Shown: piece after piece, positions 36,501 through 56,654 of the stretch
Position numbering within the stretch: position 1 is the first letter of the stretch
Layout: each line of letters begins with the position of its first letter
Source of the DNA: Macrostomum hystrix
Lineage: Eukaryota > Animalia > Platyhelminthes
Length of the DNA: 64,000 nucleotides
Direction of reading: 5' to 3'
Assembly: GCA_950097015.1 (NCBI GenBank)
Contig: CATNEN010000039.1
Location: forward strand, 17,856,001 to 17,920,000
Position numbers and translations under genes: made by a program
Notes under the pieces: generated by a model
What the model saw: the letters and a program-made list of their open reading frames with translations, nothing else
Databases searched by the model: none
Told to the model about the DNA's origin: nothing

Positions 36501-37464
36501 AGTCGAGGAAACCATAAAGAAAGAAACGAGACATTAGACATCTCAAGTGACATGGGAGAGATGAAAAAGAGTAGAGTAGGTGTTAAAAGGGGTCAGGGGC
36601 GGGATTAATCTCGCTGACAAATTATCAGGTAATAACAAACAAACAAGGTAAGTACAAAGCGGAATCCTTTAGCAATTGATAAAGTGAGCAAAATCCTTTT
36701 TTGGCGATTTCACGATCACGATCTGTCAATATCGACAAGACCTGATTCAGACCGTTTACTTACTACTACTAGGTGCAGGCAGTAGTATAAGTAGCATATT
36801 AGTCGCACCAATGTTGTAGGCTTTCGCTTTTAATTTGGCCCTATCGACCCAATGGCACTCGATTGTAGCAAGGAAGAAAAAACTAATGAAAATATGTAAA
36901 GAGTGTATGTTCTACACACAAACAAAAATTTTCCGTTGGCTGAAAGAAAGTTAAAAAAGAAATGTGAAAAGAAGACAAAAAATCCATCTGGGGCGCCAAT
37001 GTACTAGAAATGTAGATAAAGTACAATAAATAACATTGTATGGTAATTAATTATAGAAGTACAATATTCTTCTGTACTTATAAACTGGAAGGACAGTAAG
37101 TGAAAATAAAAATACGCATTTACACAAAAAAATATAATATACACATTGGTCAGTGTCAACAATGCAGCAGGACTTGAATATATATACACGTACGGATGAG
37201 ATCAAATCTATTTACACCAATGATTAAACACTGCCACACTTACAAAAACTCTTAAAAGATAACAACTCCACTCGAGCAGATGTGACAGTGACATTTTTAC
37301 ATTACTGTCAACAATAATCTTAAATAAAATTTACACACAAAATATTCTACAAAATAGCATACATACTACTTAAAGTGAGCGCTTTAGCACCACTTTTGTT
37401 TGCTAATTGTCTTAAAAACTGACTTTTAAGCCCTCAGGCGCGCTTTCATCTAGAAAACTGACAA

Positions 37465-37990
37465 AATCCATTCTATTCTTTAATCCGGAGAGTAGATTCA
37501 CAATCTATTCTATTCCTTTATCCATGGGATAGATTAGCAATCCATTCTATTCCCTTATCAAGGGGGATAGTTTAGCAATCCATTCTATTCCTTCATCCAT
37601 GGGATAGATTAGCAATCCATTCTATTCCTTCATCCATGGGATAGATTAGCAATCCATTCTATTCCTTCATCCAGGGGATAGATTAGCAATCCATTCTATT
37701 CCTTCATCCATGGGATAGATTAGCAATCCATTCTATTCCTTCATCCATGGGATAGATTAGCAATCCATTCTGTTCCTTCATCCAGGGGATAGATTAGCAA
37801 TCCATTCTATTCCTTCATCCATGGGATAGATTAGCAATCCATTCTGTTCCTTCATCCAGGGGATAGATTAGCAATCCATTCTGTTCCTTCATCCAGGGGA
37901 TAGATTAGCAATCCATTCTATTCCTTCATTCAAAGGACAGATTAGCAATCCATTCTATTCTTTCATCCAAAGGTTTGATTAGCAATCAAT
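37465..37990. repeat. 37-bp minisatellite (gatagattagcaatccattctattccttcatccatgg), probably in the 3' UTR of the minus-strand adaptor gene
   Basis: About 13 units starting ~180 bp past the stop codon at 38169. Confidence 0.9.
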
Positions 37991-38168
37991 GGTATCATAA
38001 GGCTACCTGATTCGAAGCAGCCATCAAGCACGAAGCCATATTGTCAGACTGGCAGTGAAGTGCAAATAACTAACTGTGATACAAAACGCAATTAGTACTA
38101 CACGCGGATTAATGAAAGTTTTAGTTTTTAACGTTAGCCGAGTTTATGTCAGATATTTTTATAACGAA

Positions 38169-41100
38169 TCAACGAATTTTCGTTGACCGTTTTATAATGC
38201 CGACAGCGCTGCCGGAGCCGCTGTTACTATTCAGCAGGCTGTTATTGACGCTGGCGGATGAGGCTGATCTGCTAGCCGGGTTCCGCCTCGACTCCTCCTC
38301 CTCGGCGATCTCCTGGAAGGCGCGAGTTTTATTATGATCCAGTTCAGTGTAGTTTAATTGGTTTTGCTGTTGAGCTTGCAGCTGCTGCTGCTGTTGTTGT
38401 TGTTGCTGCTGCTGCTGCTGTAGAAACTGTACCGGAAACTGCTGCTGCTGCTGTTGTTGAGCAGTTGAAACCGCCAGTTGAATATGCGTCAGAGGTTGCC
38501 CCGGTGGAACATGATACTGATGATGCTGCAGCTGGGCATAATGCAGCCTCGGAGGCGGCTCCTCTGTCTGATAAACTGCAGAAGGACGCAGATTAACGTA
38601 ATCGCGATGCGGATTATACTGCTGCGGCTGCTGCTGTGGCTGCTGTTGATAAAAACTAAACGGCTGGACTTGCGTCTGTAAAAGATGGCCGGATTGGCTT
38701 CTAGTTCAAAGAAACTGGGAATCAGGATATGGGACAATTTAACTGAGGGACTAAGGGGATCAAACTGTCACAATGAGGGACTAAGGGGATCAAACTGTAA
38801 CACTGAGGGACTAAGGGGATCAAACTGTAACACTGAGGGACTAAGGGGATCAAACTGTAACACTGAGGGACTAAGGGGATCAAACTGTAACACTGAGGGA
38901 CTAAGGGGATCAAACTGTCACAATGAGGGATGTACCTGAGTCTGCTGCGCCAGTGCCGGAAGAGGCGAAGCGGCCGTATCTGACGAAGTGGAGATCACCC
39001 TCTCTCGGCTGATGTACTCTCGGCCGTGCCTAGGCTTCATCTTAGCCAGGGTGCCAAAGTTGTCAGCCCCGACGCCGGCTGACTGAGGCGGCTTTCTAGT
39101 TCGCATTGTTGGCGAACGAAGCTCGGCCGCCTCGGCTGCCGCGGCGGCGGCGGCGGCGGTGTCGGCGTAGGCTGCCGATGCAGCGGCGGCAAGATTGGTC
39201 GCGTTGGGATCCTCCGACTGGGAACGATGTAGAAATAGCGGCGGAGGTCGCTTGTATCTCAAACGATTCTGTAGCTGGCCCTGCTGCTGATGAAGTCCAG
39301 ATCCCGGCTGTTGCCGAGCCGTTGACGATGGCGAAGAAGTCGAAGCTGAAGGCGACGGCCTCAATGGCGGACTATGCGGCGGCGAATCAATGGCCACTTC
39401 GTCGTATTGATTCTCCAGCGATGTCGGATCGGACTGAGTGAAGGCGGGCGAATAATAGGATATAGTGAGGCTTGATTGAGCGAGAGTCAGAGAGCGAGAG
39501 TCAGAGAGAGTGTGTCAGAGGGAGTGTCAGAGGGAGAGTCAGTGGGAGTGTCAGTGGGAGTGTCAGTGGGAGTGTCAGTGGGAGTGTCAGTGGGAGTGTC
39601 AGTGGGAGTGTCAGAGGGAGAGTCAGTGGGAGAGTCAGTGGGAGTGTCAGTGGGAGTCAGTGGGAGTGTCAGAGGGAGTCAGTGGGAGTGTCAGAGGGAG
39701 TGTCAGAGGGAGGGTTAGAGGGAGTGTCAGAGGAAAGAGTGGAGGAATTTTAGGACAGCCTAGAGGCAGGGTCAGATGCAGAGTCAGAAGTGGGGTCACG
39801 AGAGGACAGCAGAGAGCTGAGATGATTAAAAGGAAATCCATGTTAGCTCACTGATCCAGCGCTGCCTGCCTCGCTAATTCTTTCTGAGTGTCGGCGCCTC
39901 ACAATGTCGCAGTCAACAGCCCCACTGCCAGCTGTCGAGTCGGTTGAATCTACGCTTCCGGCAGCATCAGCAGCAGCAGCAGCAGCAGAACCAGTAGTGG
40001 TACCGCCGGCTTCAACAATCGCGGACACACGGAGAGGACTGGACATCTGCACATAGCTATCCGAATTGCGTTGAGCGCTGGCGAATGCATCCACATTCGA
40101 CATGCTAACATAGCTAGTCCGTTGGCGTATATTGCAATAGTCACGATTGTCAAGAGTGCCAGGCTGGGTTGGACTGATGCCGCCGCTGCCGCCTTCGGGT
40201 ACGTCGTCGACTCCGTTGGCTGGCAAACCGAGGGCGCCAACCCGAGCTAGTGGTGACGATGGTTCAAAAGTGAAGACATGCGACTGATCGTCTTCGTATT
40301 CCGATTGCAGACGCTGCTGCTGCTGTTGAAGTTGCATCTGTTTCTGCTGCATGTACATGTTGTTCCTCCGACCATCTGAGCTACTTAACGGATGCGACAT
40401 TGACAGATGAGCGGAGCCGCTAGCGCTACCGGAAAAAGACGTGGAATAAGTGCCGGAGGACGACTGCGGCACAGGGTGCGGCTTGGTCCCGATTGGAAGG
40501 CCAAAACTTGTTACGGTCGCTTGGGTGGGCGGAGAGGCTGCAAAATTGTGGCGATGATATTTTACGCATATTCAGTTGAGGACCAGACTCTATTTAGTTG
40601 AGGACCAGACTCTATTCAGTTAAGGACCAGACTCTATTCAGTTAAGGAACAGACTCTATTTAGTTGAGGACCAGAATCTATTTAGTTGAGGACCAGAATC
40701 TATTTAGTTGAGGACCAGAATCTATTTAGTTGAGGACCAGACTCTATTCAGTTGAGGACCAGACTCTATTCAGTTGAGGACCAGACTCTATTCAGTTGAG
40801 GACCAGACTCTATTCAGTTGAGGACCAGACTCTATTCAGTTGAGGAACAGATTCTATTTAGTTGAGGACCAGATTCTATTCAGTTGAGGACCAGAATCTG
40901 TTTAGTTGAGGACTTGAGGACCAGAATCTATTTAGTTGAGGACCAGAATCTTATTCAGTTGAGGACCAGATTCTATTTAGTTGAGGACCAGAATCTATTC
41001 AGTTAAGGACCAGACTCTATTCAGTTGAGGACCAGAATCTATTTAGTTGAGGACCAGAATCTTATTCAGTTGAGGACCAGATTCTATTTAGTTGAGGACC

Positions 41101-44100
41101 AGAATCTATTCAGTTAAGGACCAGACTCTATTCAGTTGAGGACCAGAATCTATTTAGTTGAGGACCAGAATCTATTCAGTTGAGGACCAGATTCTATTTA
41201 GTTGAGGACCAGAATCTATTTAGTTGAGGACCAGACTCTATCTAGTTATGGTTTAGACTTACATGCAGTATTGAGAAACTATTTATGGTTATAAATATAA
41301 AAAACCAGTCTACAAAGTCACGCGGACTGCTTCGGAACCTACTCAAATAAGTCGACGATAATGTCGGAAACGCATGCATACGCGCGCACTTTATTCACGC
41401 GAACCCCTTTAATCTATAAATCCAGGGTTATTTTGTGTTTTTCTCAAAATCCAGGCCAGTATAGTTTGACCACGTAGCCAGCATGAAAGGCTATAAATAA
41501 ATTGTCATAAAATTCTTTAACCTGCGCCACAAAACACCAAACCTCGAGAGTCACATGACACTGTACAGAGTGAGAGAGAAAGACGGCTGCGCGGTCAAAC
41601 TAACAAACCGGGGCCAACCTAATACAGGCTAGCACAGAATGCTCGCAGTGAAGGGGCCTGGCAGGTGTGTTAACTAGTAGAAATTACTATATTCTTCTAT
41701 TCGTCACTGTGGCAGAAATGTTTTCTTTAATTATAAAATAAAGGACAAATATCAGGTGAGCCAACTCAGACCCTGGGGGGGGCGTCGAGAGAGAGTACCA
41801 AATTAAACTTCTACTAGAGGAGCAAGAGAAAGAGACCATTAAAAACCCTGGAGCACAGGTGTTTTATACAGGTCCTACTGCTTTTTCTGCTAGAAGCAAT
41901 CTATTCTACTAGATTAATACTCGTGCATTGGATTGTACCGCATCACTTTAGATTGACAATAGCCGAGAGTTAAACAAAAACCTAAATGAAACTGAAAGAG
42001 AAGAAAAAACCATTCCACTTACCAGACAGCAATGGCTTGTTGCAGCAGGCTGCGTGCATACTATTGTAGATCTGTTCGGCCTGCTCGGACTCAAAGTGAT
42101 GCAGACCGCTGCCTGCCATGAGAAACATAATTCGGCAATTAGGGGAATACGTATAGAATAGAAATAGTGCGAAAGGTTAACAGGTGGAGAAGTATGTAGG
42201 ACGATACAGGGGTAACAATGGATGCGGTCGGAATCTGCTGTTTCTGGCGTGCTAATGAAAATTAAGTAAAAAGTTTCTACGATTCTGGCTGCGATTCCGA
42301 TTCTTAATAGATATCTTGCTACGATTCTTAATAGATATCTTGCTACGATTCTTAATAGATATCTTGCTTCGATTCTAGTTAGATATCTTGCTACGATTCT
42401 AAATAGATATCTTGCTTCGATTCTAAATAGATATCTTGCTTCGATTCTAAATAGATATCTTGCTACGATTCTAAATAGATATCTTGCTTCGATTCTAGTT
42501 AGATATCTTGCTACGATTCTAAATAGATATCTTGCTACGATTCTAAATAGATATCTTGCTTCGATTCTAAATAGATATCTTGCTTCGATTCTTAATAGAT
42601 ATCTTGCTACGATTCTAAATAGATATCTTGCTTCGATTCTTAATAGATATCTTGCTACGATTCTAAATAGATATCTTGCTTCGATTCTAGTTAGATATCT
42701 TGCTACGATTCTAAATAGATATCTTGCTTCGATTCTAAATAGATATCTTGCTTCGATTCTAAATAGATATCTTGCTTCGATTCTAAATAGATATCTTGCT
42801 TCGATTCTAAATAGATATCTTGCTACGATTCTAAATAGATATCTTGCTTCGATTCTAAATAGATATCTTGCTTCGATTCTTAATAGATATCTTGCTTCGA
42901 TTCTAAATAGATATCTTGCTTCGATTCTAGTTAGATATCTTGCTACGATTCTAAATAGATATCTTGCTTCGATTCTAAATAGATATCTTGCTTCGATTCT
43001 TAATAGATATCTTGCTACGATTCTAAATAGATATCTTGCTTCGATTCTAAATAGATATCTTGCTTCGATTCTTAATAGATATCTTGCTACGATTCTAAAT
43101 AGATATCTTGCTTCGATTCTTAATAGATATCTTGCTACGATTCTAGTTAGATATCTTGCTACGATTCTAGTTAGATACCTTGCTACGATTCTAGTTAGAT
43201 ATCTTGCTACGATTTTAAATAGATATCTCGCTTACGATTCAAACAGGGACTTTAGCTACGATTCCAGCTGCGATTCCTTCGATGATTTAGACAGCGGCTT
43301 AGGGTATCGAATTAAACGTGGCTAAACTCTTCGATTTAATCTGTAAAATGCTGTAGACAATGATAATTACCTTTATCGCATTTAGCTCTGCTCTCAAAAA
43401 CAAAAAATTTTTCCGAATCGATGCAATATTTTCGCACAGAGCTTAGACTCCAAACTGCCAAATGGCGACAATTTTCAACTGGCTCCGTATAGAAACAGAG
43501 GCGCGACTTCTGAACGTGCAGACGACCTTCCGTGCCAGACTGCAGTCGACAGCTGTCGGTTCGATTGAGACGAACGCGATAATCAATGTCTGCGGGACAC
43601 GATGCGAACAGGTAATAAGGGTGTGTCTAACACTGCCTACCTTGTATCTAACACACCGTCTAACACTGACGCAAGGGGGGTGAGTGGCAGAGCGGTTAAC
43701 GCGTTTGCCTATCGCACCAATGTACCTGAGCTCGATTCCACGGCGAGGCCACATTCATTTGGGGCGCAGCCCTTGGGGGCTTTTCGTGCAATTTACGCCC
43801 TTAAAGGCCAACCTCCAAGGCACAGTGAAGTGTACACTGCCTGACGATGAGAAAGTCAGGGCAGATGTACACACCTGTGTGAGTGTGTGCCTGCGTACGA
43901 TATCTGTGTGTTTATGGAGTGTTTATAAGTCAGCGAAATGGGGAGAATTGCCTCCTCGCTGGCTGCGGGTCTAGTGTCACCAAATTATGAGCCATTACCC
44001 GCAGCCCTCCTGCAATTACGATAAAAAAACTCATATTTTTATTAACACTGACGCAAAGGTACATTCAATGTCTTGCTCAAAGACACTAATTAATTTCTTT

Positions 44101-47100
44101 TGGGCTAAGATTAGAAAAACATCGGACCTCTTTAATAGAAGTAAGAAGCTTTAAATTCTTGGCTAAAAGCACCTTAATAAATGAAAAAAATTACAAAATA
44201 ATGGAGCTGAACTTAATTAGGATTGATTGTGCGCTAGTTTTAAGGCTCTTTCCGATTGCGGCAGCAACTCATTTTCAATCCCTGACTTCTTATCTGTGTT
44301 GCGTTTGCTAACTAGCTTAGCAGCAAACTAAGTCGGTTGCTGAATGTTTGTTTTTGTTCCCGCCCCTTGATAATAAAGAGTTTGAGATATTTTTTGGTTA
44401 CATAGTTGTATACTCTGACTATGCACAATTTCTTTGGCAAACTCTGCCCCAACTGCAATTGCACGCAGTGACTTCGTGTTTTGTCGGTATTGTGGCCTTG
44501 CAATCCTTGTTTATGTATCATTAATGACTTGTGCCATTGTCAATAAAATTTATTAATGACTTGATCTGGCTTGCACTGAAGATAAATTAGCAATTAGATA
44601 CACTTAGATGACGAAGTGCTAGAAAATATTTTTTGCTAATTTTGCTTTAGTAAAGCTGATATGAGCTATAATAACTGCACTAGTGCCCTAGTAGCATAAC
44701 GAAGTCTTGATTGACCCATGTGCAAGTGTTAGACAGGACTGTTACATGTTCTAGTGTTAGGCAAAAAACGGCCACATGTTCTAGTACTAGGCAAGACTGT
44801 ACCATAGTACAATTTTCTTATTATTTAAAACACATAATTTCACATTTTTTCGAAATAAAACGTCCGGTTTAGGTCCGGTCATTATAGGGCGTGGATTTGC
44901 GCAAATTCAGAAAATTACTAAGACTATTAATATGAGCTAGTTGAGCATGTTTCTATTTAAATAATAAAAAGGAGATCTGAATTGTCATATTTAAGCCGTA
45001 CTGGCACTAGCAGAGTACACCCAATTAGAAGATAATAAGTACACCAACCTTTTATTATGACTAGATCTTCATTTAGTTCGTATAAAAGGCAGGTTTTCAC
45101 TAAACGATGAGTTAAAGCCAGTAAAGAAAAGAAGATATTCTTATTCATTCAGTCCCGTCTCTCCCGCTCTCTCTCTCTGACTGTCAGCTCTCCTATTTTC
45201 TATTTTGCTAACTAATTATTATTATGAAGAGTATAGACACAGACAGGAGACAAGCTGCATCGAATAGCCAAGGCAAAGCCAATTTTCAAGTAAAATAACC
45301 TAGCCAAAGCGGGCTTCAAGAAGCATGGAACCACCTCAATACCCTCACACACATACGCCTCTTTTAAATAAGCCAGTAAAGAAGCTAATATATGCGCATA
45401 TAATAGTAAACACACACAATCTTATATCTAAAGCACGACCAGATGTGAAAATGCTAAAAAAATACGAGAGCCATATGCGTAGCATTGAGTCACGCGCATG
45501 TGTGGCAGCGAGCCAATTTAAATAAACTTTAAAGATAACGAACACACTCACTGTTATCAGTCCAAGTTTATGCACTCGTTTATCAATAGCTAGAAGAAAT
45601 ATTACATGCTTAAGCAACTGTGGGAAACAGAGGATACTGAAAATCCCAGTAGTCTCTTAGACTGCCAAGCCTATACTCAGATCAAGCTGACCTACCTCGG
45701 CTATAAACATTGTCCGATGTTTTCAGACCTGTCTGTGACTTTGTTCGGGGTGAAATTCGCAGATTTATTTTTCAATAAAAAGTTGACCAGGATTATGTAC
45801 TTACCACTGACATATCGCTTAATAGTTTCACTCCACGACATAAAATCGTGAATATCTTTCATAGCCAAGATGACAATAGACTCGTCGCAAGTTAACACAA
45901 TGCTATTATTGGCCGATTTGCCATTTCTAACGGCGCTGTTAGAACTCCCATAGACATTTGCAAATGGTTCTAGCGCCCCGCGCGCCTCAGCAGCATTGTA
46001 ATGCGCTTCAGATTTGAATATGTACAGCTTCAGGTGAGCTAAAGAGTAAACAAAAATTAGTTGATCACTTTTTAGCTAGATAATAGTCCGTTAATTAGAC
46101 AAAGTTAGAAATATGATATACTATCTACAAACACTTACTTGAGAAGTTTGATGGCTTGCTGATAACACAGTAGCGTTGTTTCCACTAAAATTAAGTTAGA
46201 AAAATATTGTTCATGATGCTCAAGGCAAAAAACATTGTGGCATTTAATAGTCATGGTAATTTTTTGCAAATAAAAAGTTGTTTTAAAGTAATTTGATATA
46301 TGTTTCTGAGCTACAAATACTTTAATAACCTGATAAGGCCTGGTTGCAAAAGGTGTAAATAATCAGATCCTAGTAATTTTTACAACTGGAATATCTTGAC
46401 TGACTTCTATAGTTGGTCATTTGAATAAGTGACCAGCCAAGTTAGAAGTTTAGACTAATAGTCTGTTTGTCAACTAGCAAAAATTTTAGGATTTTAGGAG
46501 TTTTAGGAGCCAACTCTTGTTTCAAGACCAGTTGTCTATAGAAAGTATAAAAATTAGGCTAGGAGATTATGAATTTGACTTAGCTCTGGATCAATTGAAG
46601 TTTGTGTTTGATGTTTTATGAAACTATTGATGTTTTTTGCCAATTGAAGGTCTGACAGGCCAACCCAAATAATTTTTCTTATTTAAGTTCCCACAAAAAT
46701 CCATTGTTACGGACTCTAGTAAGCAAAAAAATGAAAGAAAGATAAAAAACAATGCTATGTTATGATGAAAAAAAGAACATAAATTTTATGTTAAGAAAAT
46801 AAAGCCTACTATCAATTTAGAAAGAAGATAAAATTTACTTTACAACAAGTGTTTATACACTACAATTAGTGCAAAAACAAAAAGTGATAACTGTGCCAAA
46901 TTTTGTTTTTTAAGTATTCAGTGTGATCAAAATTTAGAAAAAACTACCTTATGTAAAACTTAAAAATTCTACGTAAGCATTGATACTGAAATAAACAAAT
47001 TAAAATTTAAGAAAGAGGATACAAAAAATCTATATTAACAATTCTTTTTTAGTAAAATATATGTTTTTACTTTGCAAATTTTTTGGTTGAAATTTTTTAT

Positions 47101-48170
47101 TTTCACAATCATTGTTTTTAGTGTTTTCCAAGTGTATCCCATTTAAATTTTACAAAAACATTTAAAAATCCTGAAATTCCTAACATTTTGTTTTAGGAAA
47201 CATGTTTCTCTAATGTACCCCTTTATTCATTTCAGATGGCTTTTGCAATTGACTGTATTGTGACATCTATTTGTTGAGCTATGGAATAGGTATGGCTTTG
47301 CCACTTCTTTAAAGCCAAAGGTGTTATACATTGTAAACAAATAAACATCTTGTCAGCATCTAGTAATCCTATTTAACATAAAATTGAAATTTAATACTTT
47401 ATTACTTAGTGTTAATAGAATATATATATATTTCATAGTGTAGATAATGAAAAAATGAACTATATGCTCTTGGAATTTTAAAAATCCATTAAGAAATAAA
47501 ATAATATTTATAATTGCAATTTTTTCAAGTCAAATCTATCCTGTCATCTGGATCACAGCCCCTAATGGGAAAGATACATTACAAAAACAACTAAAATGTT
47601 GATAAAAATTGTTAAAACTTTTTTATTACTTGACCAATTTTGATGAGTGAGGTGCCTTTAAACTCAGACAAGCAAGATCTGTAACACAAGAAAACCAAAG
47701 ATATGGAATTTTATATTTTTAATTTCTTACTGGAGCCCCTACCATTGTAATTAAACCAGTTTAATTTTTTGTGTATTACAAATAAAAGCATCATAACAGT
47801 CAATTTCATACTTTATATTTATTATATAGCAATATTTCAGAATGAGTATAATCGTTAAATAGAAGTATAAAATATATTAAACACACTGGTAACCTATTTG
47901 ACAAAATGAATTGCACAGCACCAGACAACCAGAAAAAGCTTTACAATGCATCGGACAAAAATGTACTAAATTAGCATTCATGCTTTATAACAGCTTTACT
48001 AATGTTGCTTAAATAATTCATCCATTATAAAGCTAAAGACGACCTATAATATTTAGTACTTTCGTGGGCAGAGACAGACAGTCATAGCTTTTTGCTCTTT
48101 TAAAATTTCTTACCTTTCTATTCGAAAAAAGCTCGACACTACCTCGAACAACCGTACCCTTAAAGAGCAT
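38169..48170 (-). CDS. PH + IRS-type PTB docking protein, Dok7/IRS-like (~778 aa)
   Basis: Exons (minus) 48170-48114 (MLFKGTVVRGSVELFSNRK), 46184-46139 (WKQRYCVISKPSNFS), 46038-45805 (PH ...FMSWSETIKRYVSG), 43589-43371 (PTB ...VWSLSSVRKYCIDSEKFFVFESRAKCDKG), 42112-42023 (SGLHHFESEQAEQIYNSMH), 40537-39852, 39433-38936, 38675-38169; all phases consistent. Tail carries YVSM, YVQM, YCNI, YVNL, LHYAQL, LNYTELD. Confidence 0.8.
38740..38930. repeat. 30-bp minisatellite in adaptor-gene intron 7 (actgagggactaaggggatcaaactgtaac)
   Basis: About 6 units. Confidence 0.9.
39480..39790. repeat. 12-bp repeat (gtcagtgggagt) in adaptor-gene intron 6
   Basis: About 20 units. Confidence 0.9.
40569..41245. repeat. 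22-bp minisatellite in adaptor-gene intron 5 (tattcagttgaggaccagactc)
   Basis: About 30 units. Confidence 0.95.
42298..43240. repeat. 24-bp minisatellite in adaptor-gene intron 4 (gattctaaatagatatcttgcttc)
   Basis: About 39 units. Confidence 0.95.
43675..44042 (+). mobile_element. tRNA-derived SINE family 2, full-length, with 14-bp TSD
   Basis: Homologous to 11244-11613. TSD taacactgacgcaa at 43661-43674 and 44043-44056. Lies in adaptor-gene intron 3. Confidence 0.9.
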
Positions 48171-49029
48171 TAAACTTACTGACGAATTCATTGCGTTTTA
48201 AATGAACATTTTAAATTGCTTTTACGGGCTGATAAATTTACATCTGCTTTTGCCCGAATGATCAATAGAATAAAATTTAAAACTGACTTATAAACAAGAA
48301 TATTTCTTTTATAAATAATGCATAATATTACTTATTATTTTTAAATTAAATAACCAAGAAGTAAAAAAATATTCGAGACAAATTAAGCTGCACACCAGGA
48401 ACAAAACTTTGTTAACCTATCTGCTTGATTTAAGCGAAGTTTTTAAATACTTTTAATTTTCGAATTCGATAAAATCGAATTGTTGTCCGAACGGATATTC
48501 CAGAATAATTTGTGCAAGCAACTAGATTGATTTTAATTATTAACAACGTGATTGATATCTGCTGACGCATTGAGAAGTCTACTATTTCAACGAATTATTT
48601 GTCATTTCATTTAAAACTGTTTAAAAAACAGTGCACTGTTTTTTGCTCAGGTCATTTAAAGTATTGAAATAGCTTACAATCCTTTATCTGCCTATTCATC
48701 TGCCTAAGAATCTGTGCTAATCCTACATCTTATCTTAAAAATACTATAGCTGAACTATACTTAGAATACTTTTAATTTTTTCTCAGCTCTTTTGACTTCA
48801 ATACCAAAATAGGCCTAGGCCTAACATTTGATAAACCTGGTTAAAGTTAAATCTAGTCTAGCAGTTAGCCAGTAACTAATCTATAATCTATGCTTAGCCA
48901 TAGCTAATTAGTCTAAGCCTAGACCTATCTACATTTTCTCTTTGACTTCTCTTTGACATTTCATAAGCCCAAAGACAGTGATAATCTTTTAAATATATTA
49001 TTGAATTTGCTAAATTTGAAGCCTTGGTG

Positions 49030-56242
<7,213 letters not shown>

Positions 56243-56654
56243 ACGGAAGCAGCAGTAGAATAACTAAGTAGCTTGTTGCTCTAGACAGTTTTAATAGCTT
56301 GGCTTCATTCACGTTGGTTTTGTCAAAACAGTTTTTGTGTCCAATAAAACTTACTGTGAGTAGTATGGCTTGTGTGTTACTTTTGTTTTCTATCGCAAGT
56401 CTTTGTTTTTGTGTACTTTAATCTCGCTTTCTCGCTGCAAACTCTCGCAGCTATAAAACATTTCCGAGTGATGAAAAATCATTACTGAGTTTTGTTTTCT
56501 ATTAGATGTACATTCTTTTTTTAGTTATAGTAAATAAAAACGCGTCTAAGTTTATGTATTGTTATTCATGTTGTTAAATTAAAGCTTTTTATCAATATTA
56601 GGAGTTGGTTTCATTGCTAATTTCTTCTAAAGAACACTTGTAAAATTATATGAG

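Noticed and set aside
34907-36553. 548-aa repetitive ORF and similar ORFs (12503, 19149, 33998, 57792, 60352, 60365)
   Set aside because: They are translations of minisatellites whose unit length is a multiple of 3, located in introns or spacers, with no domain content.
43830-43872. ctgacga...gaaa resembling a hammerhead ribozyme core
   Set aside because: No stem II (only tga) and no possible stem III. The bases form a plain hairpin, and the second copy reads cagacga.
43950-44018. gcctcctcgctggc matches the P3-L3 of the genomic HDV ribozyme as I recall it, suggesting an HDV-like ribozyme in SINE family 2
   Set aside because: The would-be P1 3' strand (tgcgggt) is followed by CT instead of the GG needed for P1.1, and its complement lies downstream. 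The region folds as a simple stem-loop, and the other copy has tcttcg.
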